Shown: positions 1 through 9,676 of the stretch, in pieces
Position numbering within the stretch: position 1 is the first letter of the stretch
Layout of the letters: each line of letters starts with the position of its first letter
Assembly: GCA_039589315.1 (NCBI GenBank)
Contig: JBDHHQ010000015.1
Coordinates: forward strand, 1-64,000
DNA: 64,000 nucleotides
Direction: 5' to 3'
Source: Gemmatimonadota bacterium
GTDB lineage: Bacteria > Gemmatimonadota > Gemmatimonadetes > Longimicrobiales > Gaopeijiaceae
Notes under the pieces: model-generated
Databases searched by the model: none
Seen by the model: the letters and a program-made list of their open reading frames with translations, nothing else
Told to the model about the DNA's origin: nothing
Made by a program: the position numbers and the translations under genes

Positions 1-960
1 CTGTTCCTGACAGGGCTGGAGGCCCCAGTCCTGCTCACTCACGCCCCCGGCGACGATCGGCTGTTCGTCGTGGAGCAAGCAGGCCGCGTTCTGGTGGCCA
101 CCACCGACGGCCAGCTCACGGGTGGCCCCTACCTCGACCTCACCGGCGAGGTGAGCTTCCAGGGCGAGCGCGGTCTGCTGGGACTGGCGTTTCACCCTTC
201 GTTCCAGCAGAACCGTCGGCTCTTCGTCTCCTTCACCGACCGAGCCGGTACGTCGAGAGTGCGGCGTTTCACCGAGGCCGCATCGGGTGATCGGGCGGAT
301 CCGAGCTCCGCTATCGACATCCTCAGCCAGTCCCAGCCGTTCTCGAACCACAATGGCGGACATCTGGCCTTCGGGCCCGATGGCATGCTCTACCTCGGCC
401 TCGGCGACGGGGGCTCCGGCGGCGAAGCCGACAATCCGTTCGTGGCGGACCCGGAGGCTCGGGACGAGATCTGGGCCTACGGGCTGCGAAATCCCTGGCG
501 GTTCTCGTTCGACCACATCGAGGGACGCGTATACATCGGTGACGTGGGGCAGAGCTCGCGAGAGGAGGTCAGCGTGGTCGACGCCATGGCTGGAGGGTAC
601 AACTTCGGTTGGAATCTGAAGGAGGGGGATCGCTGCTTCGCGTCGGCACCCTGCGACGACCCTGACCTCACCGACCCGGTGCTCGCTTACGACAACCCGG
701 GCTCGGGCTGCTCCGTCGTCGGTGGCTACGTCTACCGCGGCGGCGGCATCCCTGAGCTGGCGGGAACGTACCTCTACTCCGACTTCTGCGCCGGCCGAGT
801 CGAGGGCTTTCGTCTGGTCCAGGGAACGGCGCAGCAGAGGAAGACGTGGATCCCCGGGGAGATCGGGAGGGTGACGTCGCTGGGAGAGGACCGGGCTGGA
901 GAGCTGTACATCCTCACTGCGGCGGGCAACGTCTACCGGATAAGACGGCGCGGGGGGTGA
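1..960 (+). CDS. PQQ-dependent sugar dehydrogenase (glucose/sorbosone dehydrogenase family), 5'-partial, with an apparent internal in-frame deletion
   Basis: Frame is open from base 1 (LFLTGLEAPV...RLFVVEQ). Motifs GERGLLGLAFHP, NHNGGHLAFGPDG, YGLRNPWRFSFD, GGYVYRG. Confidence 0.85.
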   Translation: MFLTGLEAPVLLTHAPGDDRLFVVEQAGRVLVATTDGQLTGGPYLDLTGEVSFQGERGLLGLAFHPSFQQNRRLFVSFTDRAGTSRVRRFTEAASGDRADPSSAIDILSQSQPFSNHNGGHLAFGPDGMLYLGLGDGGSGGEADNPFVADPEARDEIWAYGLRNPWRFSFDHIEGRVYIGDVGQSSREEVSVVDAMAGGYNFGWNLKEGDRCFASAPCDDPDLTDPVLAYDNPGSGCSVVGGYVYRGGGIPELAGTYLYSDFCAGRVEGFRLVQGTAQQRKTWIPGEIGRVTSLGEDRAGELYILTAAGNVYRIRRRGG

Positions 961-1223
961 AGAGGGCCTGATTTGGGCACTCTGGCGCCGATGTCGGCGC
1001 CGGCCGAGAAATCGCGAAGATGCCGCTCTCGTACGTTCGTGTGCAGGCTTCAGCGATTCAATCGTTTCTCAGGACGAGCCGGGACGTCGTCGTCGGGCTG
1101 GAAACCGTAGGGGTCCCGAGTCGTGTTTCCAGGGTCCCGGCACAGGTCGTCGGGATCGGTCCCCCGGCTCGTACGGAGCACGAGGGTAACAGCAGGCCCA
1201 GGAGCCTCATCGAGGGGTAGCCC

Positions 1224-2420
1224 ATGGGTCGGCGCAGCAGTGGGTCAGAGGCGAAGGTGACGGCAGAGCGACATCTCTTCAGGAGGGTCGAGCTCGGCGG
1301 ACTCGGGGGGATCCTCCCGTTGCTCGTGCTCGTCCTCGGCGCCTGCGTCGACTCGCCCACCGAAGCGACGCCGTTCGTCGACACGGACGTGCCTCCCGCC
1401 GTCCTACCGCTCGACCTCAGGGATCCCTGGGTGCTCGCCAGCCCGGCCTCTCAGGCCACGGACGTCGATGCACTCGCCCGGGCCGCCCTCGAGGCCGCCG
1501 AGATCTCCCGGGTCCGTAGCCTGCTCGTGGTCAGGAACGGACGCGTGGTTCTCGAGCAGTACTACCGGGGTAACCACGCTGACAGCCTCAACGACGTGCG
1601 CTCGGTCACCAAGAGCGTGATGTCCATGCTGGTGGGGATCGCCCTCGAACAAGGCTACCTGTCGAGCCTCGATCAGACGCTCGGAGAGTTTCTCGGGCCG
1701 GAGCTCGAAGGGCTGGATCCGGTCAAAGGCGAGATCTCCATCGGGAACGTCCTCACCATGAGGACCGGCCTCGAGTGGCCCGAGAACAGCGGGAGCCAGA
1801 GCGCCTACAACGATTGGATCAGGTCGGGAGACTGGGTAGGTCACGTCCTCGGGCAGCGCCTCGTCGACCCGCCGGGCTCCCGGTTCAACTACAACTCGGG
1901 GGCCGTACATCTCCTGGGCATCGTTCTGGAGCGGGCGACCGGCCAGCGGCTTCCGGATTACGCCGAGGCCAACCTCTTCGGCCCCATGGGCGTCGACCGA
2001 GTCCGGTGGGAGGCTTTCTCGGACGGCACGGTCAACGGCGGAGCCGGCATAGATCTCCGACCTCGGGACCTGGCCAGGTTGGGACAACTCTTCCTACAGA
2101 GCGGACACGACGGTCTCGGCCAGCGCGTCCCCCGAGCCTGGGTGCAGGCTGCCAGCCGGCCGGCGTTCTCTTGGCAGGCGAGCTATGGCACGCTCGCCGG
2201 CCTGAGCTACGGTTTCCTCTGGTGGACCAACGCAGAGCGGCCGGAGGCGTTCTTCGCGTGGGGCTACGGTGGCCAATTCGTGTACGTGGTGCCGTCCCTT
2301 CAGCTGGTCGTCGTCACGACCACGGAGTGGCGGGGCCTGAGGGCGGAGGGGGGCCCGGATTCGCTGACCCAGTCGCTCCTCGAGCTGGTCGTGGACGGAA
2401 TCGTGCCCGCGGCGTTCTGA
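1224..2420 (+). CDS. Serine hydrolase, beta-lactamase class C/NylB-like, probable lipoprotein
   Basis: SxxK (RSVTKS), FNYNS, LRPRDLARLG, AWGYGGQ; lipobox LGAC. Start uncertain. Confidence 0.85.
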   Translation: MGRRSSGSEAKVTAERHLFRRVELGGLGGILPLLVLVLGACVDSPTEATPFVDTDVPPAVLPLDLRDPWVLASPASQATDVDALARAALEAAEISRVRSLLVVRNGRVVLEQYYRGNHADSLNDVRSVTKSVMSMLVGIALEQGYLSSLDQTLGEFLGPELEGLDPVKGEISIGNVLTMRTGLEWPENSGSQSAYNDWIRSGDWVGHVLGQRLVDPPGSRFNYNSGAVHLLGIVLERATGQRLPDYAEANLFGPMGVDRVRWEAFSDGTVNGGAGIDLRPRDLARLGQLFLQSGHDGLGQRVPRAWVQAASRPAFSWQASYGTLAGLSYGFLWWTNAERPEAFFAWGYGGQFVYVVPSLQLVVVTTTEWRGLRAEGGPDSLTQSLLELVVDGIVPAAF

Positions 2421-2526
2421 GCCCACTCGGCCGATCGACCACGGGGCCGCACCGCGATGCGATGTGGGCGCTCCAAGGGGGTGACTGCGTTGGACGCTCA
2501 TTCAGCGTGGCCGACGGCCCACCCCC

Positions 2527-5286
2527 TCACTCTGGCCGGAGCGCCGCGTTCGGATCCACCCGGGTGGCCCGGACGGCGGGAATGAGCGTCGCGGCCAACC
2601 CCGTCAACGCCAGCGTCCCGATGATCGCCGTGGCGACGGAGGTGTCCCACGCCTCCACCCCGTACGTCACCGCCCGCAGCGGGATCCCCATGCCCGCCCC
2701 GATGGCCAGGCCGATCCCGAGCCCGATGATCAGCTGAGCTACGCCTTTCCGCAGGACGAGCCTGATGATGGCCGGCGCGTCCGCGCCCAGCGCCATCCTC
2801 ACGCCCATCTCCTGGCGACGCCGGGCGACCGAGAAGGCCATGACGCCGTACAGCCCCACCGAGGCGAGGAATAGCGCCACCACACCGAAGATCGTGAACA
2901 GTGACCCGAAGATGCCGAAGGCCCAGGTCGCATCGGCGAGCGCGCGTTCCTGTGACATGACCCGGTACAGCGGAAGGTTGGGATCGAGATCCGCCGCGAT
3001 GCGCCGGGCCGTCGGTGCGAACGCCTCCGGTTGGCCACGGGTCTTGACGGCCAAAGTGAGGAACCGCAGCTCGAAGGTGCCGGTGGACACGTACACGCTT
3101 TCGTCCGGCAGCTGATCGCTGCCGATCCCGCCCACGCCCCCGCCGACGTGGAGGTCGGGCACCACTCCGACGATCCGGACCCATGGATTCTCCGAGTCGG
3201 GCGCGCCGAGCTTGAATCGTCGACCGAGGGCCTCGGATCCGGCCAGGTGACGGGCCGCGAAGCTCTCGTCCACGACGGCCACGGGTTCAGATCCGCTCCA
3301 GGTCTCGGCCCACCTCAGGTCCCTCCCACTCCGCACCTGGACCCCGTAGGTCTCGAAGAACCCCGCTCCCACGAACGTGCCGTTCACCCGCGGGCGGTCG
3401 CTCCGGCTCTCGTAGGTCTCACCCTCGACCGAGATCCGCCAGGTCCCGGTCCCGGTCCCAGGTGGGGACGTGGTCAGCGCGGCAGAGATCACGTCCGGCT
3501 CGCCCTCGACCCGATCGAGCAGCGACTGGAAGAACTGATCCACCGACTCCCGCGTCGGGTAATCGCTCTCGAACAACCCGATCCGGGCCGTGAGCAGGCC
3601 CTCCGTTTCGAAGCCCAGATCCAGCGTCTTCAGATTGATGACGCTCTTCACCATCAGGCCGGCGCCGATGAGCAGTCCACAGGAAACCGCCAGCTCACCC
3701 ACGACCAGCGCCGTGCTGAAGCGGCCCAGGCGCAGGCTCGACGACCCGCGGCTCTCGTCCCGGAGGATGGCGCCCACCCCGCCACCCGACGCCCGGACCG
3801 CCGGCAGCGTGCCCGCGACCACGGCCGCCCCCAGGGTCACGAGCAGCGTGAACAGCAACGACGGCCCGTCCAGCCGGATGTCGATCCAGTAGGGCTTCTC
3901 GATATCGACGATGGCGTTGTTGAACACGCCGATGCCCACGTAGGACAGCACGAGGCCCACAACCCCACCCGCGAGCCCCAGGATCAGTGCCTCCGCCAGG
4001 AGTTGGCGGATCACGCGGCTGCGGCTCGCCCCCATGGCCGTCCGAATCGCGACCTCCCGGCCCCGGCTCGTGGCCCGGGCGAGGAGCAGGTTGGCCACGT
4101 TCGCGCAGGCGATGAGGAGGACGCCGAAGGTCGCAGCCAGCATCAGGAACATGACCACCGTGATCTGCCTCGGCATGAACCACTCGGCGAGAGGGACGGC
4201 CGACGCCGTGACGCCCTCATTCTCGCTGTCGAGCTCGGCGATCCTCTCGGCGATCGCTTCGATCTCCGCGTTGGCCGCTGCTAACGTCACGCCCTCCTTC
4301 AGGACGCCATAGACATTCAGGGACCACCCCTCTCGCCTGGCCTCCGATGCCTCCGGGTCCAGGCGGTGGGTGACCCACAGGTCCTCGTCGAAGGGGAACC
4401 GGAAGCCCTCCGGCATCACGCCGATCACGGTGGTCGCCTCGCCGTTGGCTCGGATGGTGCTGCCCACGATGTCAGCGTCGCTGGCGAAGCGGTTCCTCCA
4501 GACGTCGTAGCCCAGGATCACCAATGGGCTCGTCCCCGGGGCATCCTCACCCTGTCGGAAGGTCCGGCCGAGGATCGGCGGCACTCCCAGACCGTCGAAG
4601 GCGTTGGCCGACATGAAGCCGCCGGCGTAGCGCTCCGGTGGACCTTCGTCACCCGCCAAGTTGACCGTCCCCTGGTAGAATCCCGCGAGGAACTCGAACG
4701 AAGTCGCTTGGTCCCGAAAGTCGAGGTAATCCCGGATCGGCAAGGATGTCTGATCGACGTTCCTGGACGGGATGGCCTCACTCACCATCATCAGACGATC
4801 CGCGGTCGGGATCGTCAGCCCACGGAGCACCGTGCCGTAGACCGAGCTGAAGGTGTGGGACGTGAGCCCCACCCCCAGAGCGATGGTCACCACTGCCAGG
4901 AAGGAGAGCATGGGGGTCCGGACCAGCATCCGGAGTCCGTACCGCAGGTCCGCCACGAGTGTCGCCATGATCTCCTCCCTCGGTTTCGTCACCGCCCCTC
5001 CAGGGGCCTCGGCACTCCATCCCCTCGCCTGCCCCGATCGAGGCCAGCGCCCCGTCACCCTCAGCGCGACGTAGCGGCCGGCCAGCCCGAGGGCCTGGGC
5101 CCAGTACCATGCGGCGGACCGCTTCGAGCCCTTGGCCGTTCGCTCGTGGTACTCCTGCCGGAGATCCCCCATGATGGTCTGACCCACGAGGCCGTCGGGG
5201 AGTGCCCACTCCAGGAGGGCTTCGGCCAGGACGGGTGGCGCCCGGCTGGGGCCCTCGGATCGGGGGGGCCCTCCAGCGGAGCTCAC
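2527..5286 (-). CDS. ABC transporter permease, ADOP/MacB-FtsX duplicated permease with N-terminal prefix domain
   Basis: DLRYGLRML, LLIACANVANLLLAR, EVAIRTAMGASR, GLYGVMAFSVARRRQEMGVRMALGA, RATRVDP. GTG at 5286 overlaps the padR stop (GTGA); an alternative ATG with a strong RBS lies at 4968. Confidence 0.92.
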   Translation of the reverse strand: MSSAGGPPRSEGPSRAPPVLAEALLEWALPDGLVGQTIMGDLRQEYHERTAKGSKRSAAWYWAQALGLAGRYVALRVTGRWPRSGQARGWSAEAPGGAVTKPREEIMATLVADLRYGLRMLVRTPMLSFLAVVTIALGVGLTSHTFSSVYGTVLRGLTIPTADRLMMVSEAIPSRNVDQTSLPIRDYLDFRDQATSFEFLAGFYQGTVNLAGDEGPPERYAGGFMSANAFDGLGVPPILGRTFRQGEDAPGTSPLVILGYDVWRNRFASDADIVGSTIRANGEATTVIGVMPEGFRFPFDEDLWVTHRLDPEASEARREGWSLNVYGVLKEGVTLAAANAEIEAIAERIAELDSENEGVTASAVPLAEWFMPRQITVVMFLMLAATFGVLLIACANVANLLLARATSRGREVAIRTAMGASRSRVIRQLLAEALILGLAGGVVGLVLSYVGIGVFNNAIVDIEKPYWIDIRLDGPSLLFTLLVTLGAAVVAGTLPAVRASGGGVGAILRDESRGSSSLRLGRFSTALVVGELAVSCGLLIGAGLMVKSVINLKTLDLGFETEGLLTARIGLFESDYPTRESVDQFFQSLLDRVEGEPDVISAALTTSPPGTGTGTWRISVEGETYESRSDRPRVNGTFVGAGFFETYGVQVRSGRDLRWAETWSGSEPVAVVDESFAARHLAGSEALGRRFKLGAPDSENPWVRIVGVVPDLHVGGGVGGIGSDQLPDESVYVSTGTFELRFLTLAVKTRGQPEAFAPTARRIAADLDPNLPLYRVMSQERALADATWAFGIFGSLFTIFGVVALFLASVGLYGVMAFSVARRRQEMGVRMALGADAPAIIRLVLRKGVAQLIIGLGIGLAIGAGMGIPLRAVTYGVEAWDTSVATAIIGTLALTGLAATLIPAVRATRVDPNAALRPE

Positions 5287-5618
5287 GGACCTACCAGGAT
5301 CTCGTCCAGGCCCCGGGAGAGTCGCTCCAGAGCGGCCCGGGAGCGCTGAAGCTGCGCAATCCCCTCGTCGGTCACCTCGAAGTGGCGTTGAGGAAGACCT
5401 CCCCGCCAACCGCCCTCGACGGGACGACTGGTCCAGCGGAGGTATCCCTTGCTCTCCAGTCGGTCGAGGGTGGTGTAGAACGCACCCCGCGACACCTTGC
5501 GCCCGGTAGCCTCCTCCAGCTCCCGCCTCACTTCGACGCCGTACGCGTCTTCACCCTTCTGCAGGATGGCCAGGAGCAGCATCTGCTCGAACTCGCCGAG
5601 AAAGGTCTTCGGAGGCAT
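5283..5618 (-). CDS. PadR family transcriptional regulator
   Basis: LGEFEQMLLLAIL, AYGVEV, GAFYTTLDRLESKGY; typical partner of ADOP permeases. Confidence 0.92.
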   Translation of the reverse strand: MPPKTFLGEFEQMLLLAILQKGEDAYGVEVRRELEEATGRKVSRGAFYTTLDRLESKGYLRWTSRPVEGGWRGGLPQRHFEVTDEGIAQLQRSRAALERLSRGLDEILVGP

Positions 5619-5640
5619 GGGCCCTCGGGGTACGTGGATG

Positions 5641-5680
5641 TGGTCTACACTGTGGACTATATGGTCTACAATTTAGACTA
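5641..5680. promoter_or_regulatory. Tandem imperfect palindromes, probable PadR operator
   Basis: TGGTCTACACTGTGGACTA (5641-5659) and TGGTCTACAATTTAGACTA (5662-5680), 21-bp period, just upstream of padR. Confidence 0.7.
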
Positions 5681-5744
5681 CGAGATGAGACCGGCAAGAG
5701 TTTCGCGGGCGCTCAGTGGACGGCCGGACCGCCGGCAGGGTGGG

Positions 5745-6764
5745 CTAAGGCCTGACGACCAGCTTCCCGAAGACGCTACCCGCTTCGAGGAGCTCGTGAC
5801 CTCGGCGCGTCTCCTCCAACGGCAGAATCTCGGCGATCGCCGGCTCCAGGGTACCTTCGAACACGAGCGCCATGACCTCGCGGAACTCGCTGGGGCTCCC
5901 CATGGTGGTGCCGAGGATGGAGAGCTGCTTCCAGAACACGCGACGGATGTCTTGCTCCCCCCGCGGCCCGGTGGTGGCCCCATAGGTCACCAACCGCCCT
6001 CCCACTGCCAACGCGCGGACGCAGGCGTCCCAGGTGGCCTCGCCCACCGAGTCCAGGACCAGGTCGACGCCCTCCCTGTCGGTGTCCGTCCAGAGAGCCT
6101 CGGACCAGTCGCCGGCCGTCCGGTCATAGACCACGTCCGCGCCCAGCTCCCTGATCCGTGCCACGTTGTCGGCCCCGCTGGTCACCGCGTAGACCTCGGC
6201 GCCCACGTGTCGGGCGATCTGGACTGCGGCCGTCGACACGCCGCCCGACGCCCCTGTCACCAGGACGCGGTCGCCCATTCGGACGCGACCGCGAGTCGTG
6301 AGGCCCCGCCATGCCGTGACGTAGGCTAGCCCTGCCGCGGCCGCGGTCTCGAAGGCGACACGATCGGGAAGCGCAACGAGGTTGGCCGCGGGCACGACCG
6401 CGTACTCGGCGTGTCCACCCTGCGTGTGCTCGCCGATGACGCCGAAGCGAGGAAGGGCCCGCTGACCGCGCGCCTGTTGCTCGTAGGACTCGAAGTGAAG
6501 GGACGGATCGACCACTGCGCGGCTGCCGGTCGCCATGTCGTCCACGCCCTCGCCCACGGCGTCGACGACCCCTGCCATGTCGGAGCCGCCGATGTGGGGC
6601 ATCGGCACTCCCGGCAGGCCCCTCCGAGCCCAGAGGTCCAGATGGTTCAAGGAGGACGCGCCCACCCGAACGCGCACGTCGCCCGGCCCTGGCACCGGCA
6701 CGTCCACCTGCTCCACCCGGACCACCTCCGGTCCGCCGTTCTCATGGAAGATCGCCGCTCGCAT
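5745..6764 (-). CDS. Zinc-binding dehydrogenase / NADPH:quinone oxidoreductase (MDR family)
   Basis: MRAAIFHENGGPEV, SLNHLDLW, PHIGGSDMAG, VTGASGGV, FGKLVVRP. Confidence 0.9.
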   Translation of the reverse strand: MRAAIFHENGGPEVVRVEQVDVPVPGPGDVRVRVGASSLNHLDLWARRGLPGVPMPHIGGSDMAGVVDAVGEGVDDMATGSRAVVDPSLHFESYEQQARGQRALPRFGVIGEHTQGGHAEYAVVPAANLVALPDRVAFETAAAAGLAYVTAWRGLTTRGRVRMGDRVLVTGASGGVSTAAVQIARHVGAEVYAVTSGADNVARIRELGADVVYDRTAGDWSEALWTDTDREGVDLVLDSVGEATWDACVRALAVGGRLVTYGATTGPRGEQDIRRVFWKQLSILGTTMGSPSEFREVMALVFEGTLEPAIAEILPLEETRRGHELLEAGSVFGKLVVRP

Positions 6765-6919
6765 CCGGCCACCATACCCCGCGGCCGGCCCCGCCGCATC
6801 CTCTCTCTCGAATCCGCAGCGAAGGATCCCTCCACGCCGTCCGAGCCGACGTCCGCCTTCAATTCCCCTGCTGAGGCTTCTACCTTCCTTCAGACTCGAA
6901 ATATCAGCTGGAGCCATCA

Positions 6920-7261
6920 CTGGACGACCCCGAAACTCACGGCCTGCCTGACGCGACCCTCGGTGGGTACCTGGAGGAGCACAGCCGGCCCCCTGCCTTC
7001 GAAGGACCCGACGGGCAGCCCTACACGGTCTCCATCGAGGTAGAGACGGAGGCCAGCTTGCGGACGCCTTTCTGCGGCTACCTGGTCTTTCCCCGATGGG
7101 CCGAGACGGGCCTTGGGATCGTGGGCCACGTGGAGACACCGATCCTGGTCCGGGGGCGCACCGAGGACGAGGTTGTGACGCACCTCACGACCATGAGCCT
7201 CCAGAGCGTGCGGGACCGGCTGCACGACGCGGTCCGCTCGGCTGAGGAGGCCCCCTCGTGA
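6920..7261 (+). CDS. Hypothetical protein, probable CTG start
   Basis: Frame open from 6875 with protein-like sequence (TLGGYLEEHSRPPAFEGPDGQPYTVSIE...GYLVFPRW...GHVET). GGAG lies 6 nt before CTG 6920; the stop overlaps the queE start (GTGA). Confidence 0.7.
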   Translation: MDDPETHGLPDATLGGYLEEHSRPPAFEGPDGQPYTVSIEVETEASLRTPFCGYLVFPRWAETGLGIVGHVETPILVRGRTEDEVVTHLTTMSLQSVRDRLHDAVRSAEEAPS

Positions 7262-7917
7262 ACGTGCGCGTCACCGAGATCTTCCGCTCGGTCCAGGGCG
7301 AGTCCACGTGGGCCGGCCTCCCTTGCACGTTCGTGAGGCTCACCGGGTGTCCCCTCCGGTGCGTGTGGTGCGATACGGAGTACGCCTTCCATGGTGGGGA
7401 GCGAATGACCCTGGACCAGGTCCGTGGACGGGTCGAGGACCTCGGGACGCGCCTGGTCGAGATCACCGGAGGTGAGCCGCTGGTGCAGCCCGGTGCCTTC
7501 GTCCTCGCCCGGCAGCTCGTGGAGTCCGGCTACACGGTGCTCGTGGAAACCTCTGGCGCACTCGACACGAGTGCTCTGGATCCGCGCGTTCACAAGATCA
7601 TGGACCTGAAGTGCCCAGGATCGGGTGAGGTGGAGAGGAATCTCTGGTCCAACCTCGACCACCTGACGGAGCGCGACGAGGTGAAGTTCGTCGTACGCGG
7701 CCGGACCGACTACGAGTGGACCCGGGACGTGATCCGCGAGCGAGGCCTGGACCGGCGCGTCGGGGAGGGTAGCCTGCGCGCCCTGCTGATCTCGCCCGTC
7801 TGGGGCGAGGTGGACCATGAGGAGCTCGCGGGCTGGATCCTCGACGATCACCTGCCGGCCCGTTTCCAGATCCAGCTCCACAAGCTGATCTGGGGCGCCG
7901 ATGTCCAGGGTGTCTGA
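7258..7917 (+). CDS. queE: 7-carboxy-7-deazaguanine synthase QueE (radical SAM)
   Basis: EIFRSVQGE, FVRLTGCPLRCVWCDT (CxxxCxxC), ITGGEPL, ETSG, QLHKLIW. Confidence 0.9.
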   Translation: MNVRVTEIFRSVQGESTWAGLPCTFVRLTGCPLRCVWCDTEYAFHGGERMTLDQVRGRVEDLGTRLVEITGGEPLVQPGAFVLARQLVESGYTVLVETSGALDTSALDPRVHKIMDLKCPGSGEVERNLWSNLDHLTERDEVKFVVRGRTDYEWTRDVIRERGLDRRVGEGSLRALLISPVWGEVDHEELAGWILDDHLPARFQIQLHKLIWGADVQGV

Positions 7918-7919
7918 CC

Positions 7920-8516
7920 GTGTGTGACCAGCGAGGCGATCCCAGATTCCACGCCGTGCGCGAGGCCCTCCAGGGCGTCACGGAGACCCCCACGCTGACG
8001 GCCGACCCGGAGCGCCACCAGGCCGCGGTCTCGCTGGTGCTCCGAGGCGGACCGGACCTGGAGTTGCTGCTCATCCGGCGGGCGAGGGCCGAAGGCGACC
8101 CGTGGTCGGGACAGATGGCGCTTCCCGGGGGGCGTCACGACCGTGAGGACCCGTCTCTCCTTCACACTGCGGTGCGGGAGACCCTCGAGGAGACCGGTGT
8201 GCTGCTCGAGACGGTGGGACACCACCTGGGTCGCCTGTCCCGCCTCGACCCCGCGACACGACGCCTCCCCGCGGTCAGCGTGACCCCGTTCGTGTTCGGG
8301 GTAGGTCCGGAGACCGTGGCCCACGTGGCCAGCCACGAGGTAGACGAGGTCTTCTGGGTGCCCCTCTCCACGCTGCGGTCCCCCGGCTCCGCAGGGACCC
8401 ACCGTTACCGCCATGGAGAGTTCGTGCGCCTCTTCCCCAGCTTCAACGTGATGGGCCAGGTCGTCTGGGGCCTCACCTACCGCGTGCTCGAGGAGTTCCT
8501 GGAGCTGGCCCCGTAG
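7920..8516 (+). CDS. CoA pyrophosphatase, Nudix (NudL/PCD1) family
   Basis: WSGQMALPGG, AVRETLEETG Nudix box, EVDEVFWVPL, VWGLTYRVL. Confidence 0.88.
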   Translation: MCDQRGDPRFHAVREALQGVTETPTLTADPERHQAAVSLVLRGGPDLELLLIRRARAEGDPWSGQMALPGGRHDREDPSLLHTAVRETLEETGVLLETVGHHLGRLSRLDPATRRLPAVSVTPFVFGVGPETVAHVASHEVDEVFWVPLSTLRSPGSAGTHRYRHGEFVRLFPSFNVMGQVVWGLTYRVLEEFLELAP

Positions 8517-8591
8517 ACGCCGACTCCTGCCCAACGCAGCAGGGCGGGATGGATCGCCGCTCGAATGCCCGGCGGATCGCCGAGGCCCCCT

Positions 8592-9656
8592 CTACGGATT
8601 GTCCACCCAGTCCGCGATGAAGACGTTGGTCTCGCCCTGGATCTTGCCGTTGCGGTTCGACCCCCAGACCAGCTTCGTCCCGTCTGGGCTGAAGACCGGG
8701 AACCCGTCGAACTCGCCGGTGAACGTGATTTGCTCGAGCCCGGTCCCGTCCGCGTTGATCATCCAGATGTCGAACTCGCGACCCCGGGGATCCCCCTGGT
8801 TTGACGAGAACAGGATCTGCTCGCCCGAGGGGTGCCAGAAGGGACCGAAGTTGGCCGCTCCGTTGTCCGTGATCTGTACCGGGTCGGACCCGTCGGCGTT
8901 GGCAACGTAGATCTCCAGGGCCGACGGCCGGATGAGACCCTGGGCCAGCAGACCCCTGTAGTCGGCGATGGCCTCATCGGTCTCAGGGTAGTGGGCGCGC
9001 CACACGATCTTCGAGCCGTCGGGAGAGAAGAAGGCGCCCCCGTCGTAGCCCAGCCGGTCGGTGAGCTGCCGCACGTCGGACCCGTCGGGATTCATGGAGT
9101 ACAGGTCCAGGTCACCGTTCCGCATGCTGGTGAAGACCACCCGGTCGCCCACCGGAGAGAACGTCGCCTCCGCGTCGTAACCCCACGTTTTGGTGAGCTG
9201 CGTGAGACCCTCACCCGACGGATCCGAGACGAAGATGTCGTACGTCGGAAAGAGGCCCCAGACGTATCCTTGGGAGAAGTCCGGGTCCTGCGGGCACGCT
9301 TCGGCCCAGTGGTGGGTCGAGGCGTAGAGGATCTTGTCGCCCGTCGGGTAGTAGTAGCTGCACGTAGTCCGACCGTCGCCAGTGCTCACCAGCTCGGTGT
9401 CGCCGGTGGCCAACTCGACGGAGTAGATCTGGTCGCAGCCGCCCTCGGGCGGCGTGGATTGATAGACCAGGTGCGTGCCGTCGAAGGAGAAGTAGGCCTC
9501 GGCGTTCTGTCCACCGAAGGTGAGCTGGCGCACATTGGTGAGGTGAGTTTCTCGGGGGTCTCGAAGCGTGTCGTCACCCGCCTGCGCCCCCAATGGGCCG
9601 GTCCCGGGAAGTAGCAATCCGAACAACACGACGAGAGCTGTCTTCGATGGATTCAT
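8592..9656 (-). CDS. Secreted TolB-like PD40 beta-propeller protein
   Basis: Signal peptide; repeated AEAYFSFDG / AEATFSPVG / GAFFSPDG / FPVFSPDG blades. Confidence 0.88.
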   Translation of the reverse strand: MNPSKTALVVLFGLLLPGTGPLGAQAGDDTLRDPRETHLTNVRQLTFGGQNAEAYFSFDGTHLVYQSTPPEGGCDQIYSVELATGDTELVSTGDGRTTCSYYYPTGDKILYASTHHWAEACPQDPDFSQGYVWGLFPTYDIFVSDPSGEGLTQLTKTWGYDAEATFSPVGDRVVFTSMRNGDLDLYSMNPDGSDVRQLTDRLGYDGGAFFSPDGSKIVWRAHYPETDEAIADYRGLLAQGLIRPSALEIYVANADGSDPVQITDNGAANFGPFWHPSGEQILFSSNQGDPRGREFDIWMINADGTGLEQITFTGEFDGFPVFSPDGTKLVWGSNRNGKIQGETNVFIADWVDNP

Positions 9657-9676
9657 CGTATCGAGATTCGCGTTCG

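Noticed and set aside
1098..1132. Inverted repeat CTGGAAAC...GTTTCCAG upstream of the serine hydrolase
   Set aside because: A single instance with a long spacer and no adjacent regulator; cannot be supported as an operator or promoter.
7258..7917. 7-deazaguanine DNA-modification (dpd) system
   Set aside because: No dpdA/tgt-like or other dpd genes are nearby; it looks like housekeeping QueE.
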